NCBI GenBank assembly: GCA_030593145.1
Contig: JAUVHU010000004.1
Coordinates: 8,548-72,547, forward strand
Source: Desulfobacteraceae bacterium
GTDB lineage: Bacteria > Desulfobacterota > Desulfobacteria > Desulfobacterales > ETH-SRB1
Direction: 5' to 3'
Length of the DNA: 64,000 nucleotides
Made by a program: the position numbers and the translations under genes. Positions 19,049 through 25,443 of this stretch are shown one piece after another. Every line of letters begins with the position of its first letter. The first letter of the stretch is position 1. The notes under the pieces were generated by a model. The model worked only from the letters and a program-made list of their open reading frames with translations, ran no database searches and was not told the DNA's origin.

Positions 19049-19183
19049 AAGATGAACGTCGAACATCGAACATTGAACGTTGAACATCGAATAATGAAAT
19101 CGCTCCGCTCCGTCAGTTTATAAATTGGTAGAATACCTTATTCAAAATTCGACGTTGGACGTTCGATGTTCGATGTTCATCTT
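19049..19183. repeat. GAACGTCGAACATCGAAC palindromic element, copy 1
   Basis: Arms AAGATGAACGTCGAACATCGAACATTGAACGTTGAACATCGAATAATG / ATTCGACGTTGGACGTTCGATGTTCGATGTTCATCTT. A near-identical copy lies at 57381-57552. Confidence 0.85.
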
Positions 19184-19434
19184 TTTAGTTATTTGAAAGT
19201 TCCATCTACTGCGTTGTAGTGTTTTTTCAGACACTCGGCATACTACACGTATGGCCTCGTTCCTGAAAAATTACTACGCCTTGTATATGAACCTTTTTAC
19301 TTAGCCATCAATTCAAAATTGTTCGGTTCACTTTAGTTTTGTTTTAACTTTTTTTATATTTCGTGCCTTCCTAATTTCGTGTTTTAGTGATTGTTTTTTT
19401 TGCTAAGAAACTTAAATGTTACAATTAATTTAAT

Positions 19435-21246
19435 ATGAGCTTAAAAAAATGGTTTAAAACCATTCCTGGTAAAGACAGGTCTGCAAATATCGCCCTTGCA
19501 GGCAAACAGGTATTTTATTTTGTAGCAATAGGGATAATAGCAGGATTAGGCTCAATAGTTTTCAATTATTTATGCCAGTTCGGAAGTCATTTTTTTATGG
19601 ATTTTATAGCTGGTTATCGACCACCTTCCCCAGTAGGTGAACAACACCTCCTCTTGCCATCAGGCACTTCCTTCAACCGATGGATTTTATTGTTTCTTCC
19701 TGCTTTTGGCGGTATATTAAGCGGATGGCTGGTATATACCTTTGCTCCTGAAGCTGAAGGCCACGGCACAGATGCCGCTATTGATGCATATCATAAAAAG
19801 GGGGGCTTTATACGGAGCAGGGTGCCTTTTATTAAAACCATAGCTTCAGCGTTAACCCTTACAACCGGCGGTTCCGGTGGAAGGGAAGGGCCTATAGCCC
19901 AGATAGGAGCCGGATTCGGTTCATTTCTGGCAACAAAGCTAAACCTCTCAGACCGACAGCGCAGAATAATGATGGCGGCAGGGATAGGCGCCGGTGTCGG
20001 CAGTATCTTCAGGGCTCCGCTGGCCGGAGCTCTTTTTGCCGCTGAAGTACTCTACAGAGACCCGGAGTTTGAATCCGATGTTATTATACCTGCCGGCATC
20101 TCCTCAGTTGTTGCCTACTGTCTGTTTTGCCTGGTGTTTGGGTGGGGCTCTCTTTTTGAATCCCCTGATTTTACATTCCGTAATCCATTAGAATTGGGAC
20201 CATATATTGTTCTTGCATTTGTTCTTGTGGGAACCGGTTTTTTATATGTTAAATCTTTTTATGGTGTAACCGCTCTTTTTAGGTCCTTAAAGGTTCCGAA
20301 TCATATAAAGCCCGCTATCGGAGGACTCTGTACGGGCATTGTTGGTTTCTTTTTGCCCCAGACTCTGGCCTTTGGTTACGGCTTTGCCCAAAAAGCGCTT
20401 GATAACGAACTGACGATTCCGTTTTTGTTTTTTCTTGCCGTTGGTAAAATAATTACAACCTCATTTTCCATAGGTTCCGGAGGAAGTGGCGGAGTGTTTG
20501 GTCCGTCAATTGTAATAGGGGGAGCAATAGGCGGAGTTGTGGGGAAACTGTTTCACATAATCATGCCTGGTATTGTAACAGCGCCCGGTGCATTTGTTGT
20601 TGTCGGGATGGCAGGTTTTTTTACCGCTGTATCAAACACGCCGATTTCAACAATTATTTTTGTCAGCGAAATGACCAATTCATATCATTTGCTTTTGCCA
20701 AGCCTGCTTGTATGCTCTTTATCCTATCTGGGGGCACAGAAATGGACTATTTTCCATAACCAGGTCAAAAGAAAAGTCGATTCTCCTGCCCATGCCGGTG
20801 AATTCTTTGTGGATATTTTGCAGACCATAAAGGTCGGGGATCTGATGCACCTTGTTAAAAAGGTAGAGCTTATTCCTCATGATATGATTTTTCTGGATTT
20901 CAAGAAGTACTTTTCCAAAACAAAGCAGCACTATTTTCCTGTTATGGATCACAATGAAAGACTGGTAAGCATTTTCTCCAGCACCGATGTCAGGGAAGTA
21001 CTCTTTTCAAAGGGAATAGAGCGCCTTGTTTTAGTGCAGGATATCGGCACTTCTGATATAATTGTAGTGACTAAATCAGACGACCTGAACACAGCCCTTC
21101 AAAAATTTACAACAAGAAATATCGATAGTCTTCCTGTTGTCAAAGAAGATGATCATGGTATCCTCCTCGGAATGCTGAACAGAAGAGAAGTGATTGCATT
21201 TTACAACGAGCAGGTACAAAAAATGAAAAACAAAGCTAAAGAATAG
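19435..21246 (+). CDS. ClC-family chloride channel / H+-Cl- antiporter with a C-terminal CBS pair
   Basis: GSGGREGP and GGVFGPS selectivity motifs; a soluble C-terminal region of about 150 aa with CBS-like repeats. Confidence 0.9.
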   Translation: MSLKKWFKTIPGKDRSANIALAGKQVFYFVAIGIIAGLGSIVFNYLCQFGSHFFMDFIAGYRPPSPVGEQHLLLPSGTSFNRWILLFLPAFGGILSGWLVYTFAPEAEGHGTDAAIDAYHKKGGFIRSRVPFIKTIASALTLTTGGSGGREGPIAQIGAGFGSFLATKLNLSDRQRRIMMAAGIGAGVGSIFRAPLAGALFAAEVLYRDPEFESDVIIPAGISSVVAYCLFCLVFGWGSLFESPDFTFRNPLELGPYIVLAFVLVGTGFLYVKSFYGVTALFRSLKVPNHIKPAIGGLCTGIVGFFLPQTLAFGYGFAQKALDNELTIPFLFFLAVGKIITTSFSIGSGGSGGVFGPSIVIGGAIGGVVGKLFHIIMPGIVTAPGAFVVVGMAGFFTAVSNTPISTIIFVSEMTNSYHLLLPSLLVCSLSYLGAQKWTIFHNQVKRKVDSPAHAGEFFVDILQTIKVGDLMHLVKKVELIPHDMIFLDFKKYFSKTKQHYFPVMDHNERLVSIFSSTDVREVLFSKGIERLVLVQDIGTSDIIVVTKSDDLNTALQKFTTRNIDSLPVVKEDDHGILLGMLNRREVIAFYNEQVQKMKNKAKE

Positions 21247-21296
21247 GTAACTATTCGGCCACAGATTCACACAGATGAACGCGGATAGGTTTAACT
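21247..21296. repeat. CAGCCAC-family repeat (GTAACTATTCGGCCACAGATTCACACAGATGAACGCGGATAGGTTTAA)
   Basis: Nearly identical to 51260-51308. It begins immediately after the ClC stop codon. Confidence 0.8.
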
Positions 21297-21332
21297 ATAA
21301 GTAATTGTTCACGGTTCAGAAGTTCAAGGTTA

Positions 21333-21390
21333 AACTATTTTCCAGATATATACTCCTATATCATGGGAAAAATTTACATTTATTAACACT
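21333..21390 (+). repeat. 58-nt direct repeat, left copy, flanking the R-M cassette
   Basis: AACTATTTTCCAGATATATACTCCTATATCATGGGAAAAATTTACATTTATTAACACT matches 23621-23679 with one indel and one mismatch. Confidence 0.9.
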
Positions 21391-21427
21391 GTTGGCTATA
21401 TAAAACATCATCACTGATAAGGACGCT

Positions 21428-22192
21428 ATGAACGAGGAAACAAAGAAAAAAATCGAATTAATTATCAAAAAAGTTCCATCACTTACAGATGGTCAATTAT
21501 TTTGGCTAAATAAAGTGTTGAAAGTCTTTGACTGTTATTACAAATTCGAAATACGCCAGTCTGACTTATTCGACAAACATGCTTTTGAGGACTTTGGAGA
21601 TGCGCTCCGCATACATCATAGTTTTTCAGTTGAGCCATTCTCAAAAGACAAATTTGAATATGTACTTGAACAAACATTAAACATTAAGAAAAAAATAGCA
21701 AAACTCGCCAACAAAGGGAACCGAGGCCATGATATATCAATAAATGGTATTCCTGTTTCCCTTAAAACTCAGGCAGACAAAAATATCAAAAAGGATAAAA
21801 TCTGGATAAGTAAGTTTATGGAATTGGGTAAAGGTGGTTGGGGCGATAATCCCAATGATTTATATGAGTTGAGAAATATGTTTTTAGATCATATGAAGAA
21901 CTATGAAAGAATTTTATCTTTAAGGGCGTTAACAAAAGCCCCGAAATGGAAATATGAATTGGTCGAGATCCCAAAGAAATTATTACAGTCTGCGGTTAAT
22001 GGTGAGCTAGAAATGAAATTGGGGAGCAAACAATTCCCTAAACCTGGATATTGTTATGTCAGAGACGAAAACGGTGAGCAGATGTATCAGCTTTATTTTG
22101 ATGGAGGAAGTGAGAGAAAACTGCAAATTAAAAATTTATTAAAAAAATATTGTGTGGTTCATGCTACTTGGGAGTTTGAGATACCGAACTGA
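21428..22192 (+). CDS. Candidate type II restriction endonuclease
   Basis: 254-aa ORF convergent with the adjacent MTase gene and overlapping it by 29 nt. Possible PD-(D/E)xK-like core (GHDISINGIPVSLKTQ). The assignment rests on context. Confidence 0.55.
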   Translation: MNEETKKKIELIIKKVPSLTDGQLFWLNKVLKVFDCYYKFEIRQSDLFDKHAFEDFGDALRIHHSFSVEPFSKDKFEYVLEQTLNIKKKIAKLANKGNRGHDISINGIPVSLKTQADKNIKKDKIWISKFMELGKGGWGDNPNDLYELRNMFLDHMKNYERILSLRALTKAPKWKYELVEIPKKLLQSAVNGELEMKLGSKQFPKPGYCYVRDENGEQMYQLYFDGGSERKLQIKNLLKKYCVVHATWEFEIPN

Positions 22193-23078
22193 AGATATTT
22201 CTTTGAACAGAAGCAGTTCTTTTTCTTGCTATATCAATATATTCATCTTTGATTTCTATGCCAACGCATCTTCTGCTGAACTCTTTAGCAACAATACCAA
22301 CTGTGCCTGCGCCGTAAAACGGATCAAAAACGAGGTTGTTTACTTTCGTTCCAGCAAGCATGCATGGTCTAACGAGTGCTCTAGGAAAAACAGCGAAATG
22401 TGCTTCTGGGCAGGGTTCAGTATTTATTGACCAGACTGTTCTTTTGTTTTTCTTGCCGTTGCCATTTTTCGTATGTTCTTTGATAGCCTTTTGATCAAAA
22501 TAATATCTTTCAGACTTTGTGAACAAAAACAAATACTCATGAGAGACAGTAAGCCTGTCTCTCACACTTTCAGGCTGGCAATTAGGTTTATACCAAATTA
22601 TATCATTTCTAAGGTACCACCCCTCTCGTTGGCATGCCATCGCAAGCATCCATGCAACTCCAATAAGGTCTTTCTTTTTTAAGCCTGGAGGAGTAGGTGG
22701 TCTATAAGACATGGCGCGCCCTTTATTTTTTGAATCTTCTTGTCGCCATTTTCTTCCGCCAGAAGTGTATGTGTTGCCAATATTCAACCAAAAGGTACCA
22801 TCTGGTTTAAGTGTTCTTCTAAGTTCTGAAAAAATTGAAACTAAGTCGGAAATATAGTCTTCTAAATTTGGCTCAGCCCCAATTTGATTTTTGACGCCAT
22901 AATCTCTAACACCCCAATATGGAGGCGATGTTATGGCGCACTGAAAAGTATTATCAGGGATTGTTTTAATCATTTCACGGACATCGCCAGCAATTACCAA
23001 AATTGGCTCGTCCGCAGGGGGCGCACGAAATGGTTCTTGAAGGGTGTCGTTATGTAATAAATTGCTTTCAAGATTCAT
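22164..23078 (-). CDS. Beta-class amino-DNA methyltransferase (N4-cytosine or N6-adenine)
   Basis: Motif IV SPPYWG lies upstream of motif I DPFYGAGTVG, which is the beta permutation. SPPY favours N4-cytosine enzymes. Confidence 0.85.
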   Translation of the reverse strand: MNLESNLLHNDTLQEPFRAPPADEPILVIAGDVREMIKTIPDNTFQCAITSPPYWGVRDYGVKNQIGAEPNLEDYISDLVSIFSELRRTLKPDGTFWLNIGNTYTSGGRKWRQEDSKNKGRAMSYRPPTPPGLKKKDLIGVAWMLAMACQREGWYLRNDIIWYKPNCQPESVRDRLTVSHEYLFLFTKSERYYFDQKAIKEHTKNGNGKKNKRTVWSINTEPCPEAHFAVFPRALVRPCMLAGTKVNNLVFDPFYGAGTVGIVAKEFSRRCVGIEIKDEYIDIARKRTASVQRNIFSSVSQTPK

Positions 23079-23098
23079 AAAAATATAATGCCATAATC

Positions 23099-23305
23099 CT
23101 AACGCAAGCGCAAGTTATTTTTTGGTGGTCTCCCGCGTTTTTTCTTTCCCTGTTTTAAGAATCTAGCTAATTCGGCATGGGAAATAAAGTGATCCCTGCC
23201 CATTTTTTGGGATTGAAGCCTTTTTCCAAGGATTAGCTGTCTGATTCTGGAGGCAGTAACCCCCATGAATTGCGCTGCTTCTTCTGTTGTGTAAAAGTTT
23301 TCCAT
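23099..23305 (-). CDS. Small helix-turn-helix DNA-binding protein (excisionase/MerR-like HTH_17 type); possible regulator of the MTase
   Basis: 68 aa; YTTEEAAQFMGVTASRIRQLI HTH and a basic tail KKKRGRPPK. Its stop lies 20 nt upstream of the MTase start. Confidence 0.7.
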   Translation of the reverse strand: MENFYTTEEAAQFMGVTASRIRQLILGKRLQSQKMGRDHFISHAELARFLKQGKKKRGRPPKNNLRLR

Positions 23306-23620
23306 GCATTAAAAATAAACGAAATCACACAAAATAACAACATAATTTAATGGGTGACACCTTATTTTGTTATAAAACTTTAGATACCGCAATATCCAGG
23401 AATAGTAAGACTGCTTGCTCTTGTAAGCATAATGATAATATCGTAAAACTTTGCGAACTTGATCCATTAAACGATATTCCTGATTCGGTTTAAGATTTTA
23501 TCTTGCTTTCCATATCTCTACTATATTATGTTGTTAAATCGAAAGGTTAACAACATATAAAAGAGTTGAAAATTCAAGAGAAATATTCATCATAATTTAA
23601 ATTAATATACGAATACGTGG

Positions 23621-23679
23621 AACTATTTTCCAGATATATACTCCTAATATCATGGGAAAAATTTTCATTTATTAACACT
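23621..23679 (+). repeat. 58/59-nt direct repeat, right copy, flanking the R-M cassette
   Basis: See 21333-21390. It lies just upstream of the T5orf172-like gene. Confidence 0.9.
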
Positions 23680-23703
23680 CTTAGGTACCAAAATCGGAGC
23701 GAT

Positions 23704-24420
23704 ATGAATACTCAAAACACCTTATACATTGCTGAGCCAATATTTTCTGAGAAATTGCAGAAGTTCGATTCGGATACTTCGTTCCCTCCGATAAAGAAGA
23801 TTGGAATTACGACAGGCCACCCGGAAAGAAGGGAGCGTGAACTCCTCGGTACTATAAGTCCTGTGAAGGTTTCAATCGTCAGAGCATGGACGGAAATTGA
23901 TGCAAGAAAAGTAGAGTCAATGTTGCATACAATTCTCGACAACATCAGATTGGATGGGGAATACTTCTGGGATGGCAATGAAACGCTTGTAGATGCAGTG
24001 ACTGATTTTATTCAGTCCTATCACCCAGAAGCAAAAGAAGTAGTAGTGACCGATGATTCTGATGTGGTTGCTGCTACCGAAGCTGTCCAGAAGAAGAACT
24101 CCCAAAGAATCTACACAGAAGTTGTGCCTAAGTTAGAATCATTGTCAATTCAGCATAACATTACAAAAAATGGTAAGGGCGTTCGATTCAGGCTTGGTGA
24201 TTATTCACTAGCTCTAAGCGGAAAAACAGGTGGTAGATACACTCTCACGATTTGGTCGAAAACAAAGACTACTGATCAAGCTCTAGCAGATTTCCCTAAT
24301 TCACAAGAACTCTCAGCCAATAGCACTGAAGATAGTAATCGTCGCGCCAGGATACCAATGAGTGAGCTTGAAACAATTATGCGGTCAATAACGCACTATG
24401 TAGAGAATCAGAGTGCCTAA
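23704..24420 (+). CDS. T5orf172 / MUG113 (GIY-YIG-like) domain protein with an unassigned C-terminal half
   Basis: KKIGITTGHPERRERELLGT ... VESMLHTILDNIRLDGEYFW matches the T5orf172 pattern. A GGAG RBS lies before the ATG at 23704, and the upstream extension to 23617 runs through the repeat. Confidence 0.65.
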   Translation: MNTQNTLYIAEPIFSEKLQKFDSDTSFPPIKKIGITTGHPERRERELLGTISPVKVSIVRAWTEIDARKVESMLHTILDNIRLDGEYFWDGNETLVDAVTDFIQSYHPEAKEVVVTDDSDVVAATEAVQKKNSQRIYTEVVPKLESLSIQHNITKNGKGVRFRLGDYSLALSGKTGGRYTLTIWSKTKTTDQALADFPNSQELSANSTEDSNRRARIPMSELETIMRSITHYVENQSA

Positions 24421-24473
24421 CAAGGCGCTACCTTAAGGCAGAAAGGGGCTTTCCTTACTTTAGCAACTTCGGT

Positions 24474-24635
24474 GTGCACTTCCGGGACGCCCTTGCAATT
24501 ATACGGGGAATAGAACGTAGAAAGATATTCAGAGACAACCAGGACCGGAGCAATTTTCTTGAACGGCTCAGTAAGCTGGTACCTGAAACAAACACGTTCT
24601 GCTGGGCACTCTATGAGGACAAAAAGAGCCTCTAG
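24474..24635 (+). pseudogene. Remnant of a Y1 (IS200/RAYT-like) transposase gene
   Basis: Translates to ..AIIRGIERRKIFRDNQDRSNFLERLSKLVPETNTFCWAL.. and then stops, which resembles the N-terminal third of REP-associated/IS200-like Y1 proteins. It has no start codon and no catalytic part. Confidence 0.5.
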
Positions 24636-24752
24636 AACTAAGACAGGAGGTGTCGGTCAATTTGAATAAGCGATTTTGTTTGGCTATTGGTAGTGCTTTT
24701 TGGGGGTTACGTAAACGTTGACTATGTAAAGAGCGAGACTAATAAGGAGGGA

Positions 24753-25232
24753 ATGATGACTATGATTCTTACTTCTACAGCATTTACGCATAATGGGGAA
24801 ATTCCGAGTTTATATACATGCGATGGGCGGGATATCTCACCACCGCTTGCTTGGAAAGATGTGCCCGACGGGGCGAAGAGCATAGTCTTGATTGTAGACG
24901 ATCCAGATGCACCAGACCCTAAAGCGCCGAAGATGACATGGGTGCACTGGGTGCTTTACAATATTCCTCCCAATATTAACAACCTTCAACAGGCCGTAAA
25001 GTCTAGCGACCTTCCTTCTGGTACTTTGGAGGGCCTGAATGACTGGAAACGTACCGGCTATGGTGGCTTTTGCCCCCCAATCGGTCGGCACCGATACTTC
25101 CACAAACTTTATGCGCTCGATGAAGTACTTCCTGACATGGGAACTCCGACGAAGGCAAAGATAGAGGCGGCGATAGCGGGACACATTATTGCCACAGCAG
25201 AGCTTGTTGGGACCTATGAGCGAACTAAATAG
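24753..25232 (+). CDS. PEBP family protein (YbhB/YbcL-like)
   Basis: CDGRDISPPLAW, DDPDAPDP, WVHWVLYNIP, GYGGFCPPIGRHRYFHKLYALD. AAGGAGG RBS upstream; the exact ATG (24753, 24756 or 24762) is uncertain. Confidence 0.85.
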   Translation: MMTMILTSTAFTHNGEIPSLYTCDGRDISPPLAWKDVPDGAKSIVLIVDDPDAPDPKAPKMTWVHWVLYNIPPNINNLQQAVKSSDLPSGTLEGLNDWKRTGYGGFCPPIGRHRYFHKLYALDEVLPDMGTPTKAKIEAAIAGHIIATAELVGTYERTK

Positions 25233-25443
25233 GCACGAGATTTACGAAAAAAGACCGGTGCTTAACAACTCAATTCAGGCGATGGGAAGGGGCTCGGGGT
25301 ATTGCAGGGGTACCTTCGGGACGTTCGTTAGGCTTGGGTCAAATCTTGAATTGTGAATTAATATTTGACAATTAAGCTACTGTCATTTGGACGGATAAGG
25401 CAATCGGATATGAAGTTAGAAGATAAGATATCGGGAGAAAAAC

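Noticed and set aside
19184-19434. Possible fluoride riboswitch upstream of the ClC gene
   Set aside because: I could not find the conserved crcB-motif pseudoknot sequences. The region is filled by palindromic repeats, and the channel has CBS domains typical of ordinary ClC proteins.
23329-23370. 9-bp inverted repeat ACAAAATAA-N24-TTATTTTGT upstream of the HTH gene as a C-box-like operator
   Set aside because: It is short and very AT-rich, so chance occurrence is plausible. The HTH protein is not of the typical Xre-type controller class.
23617-23703. Upstream extension of the T5orf172-like ORF (GTG start at 23617)
   Set aside because: The extension consists of the 58-nt direct repeat. A GGAG RBS precedes the internal ATG at 23704, where the conserved domain begins.
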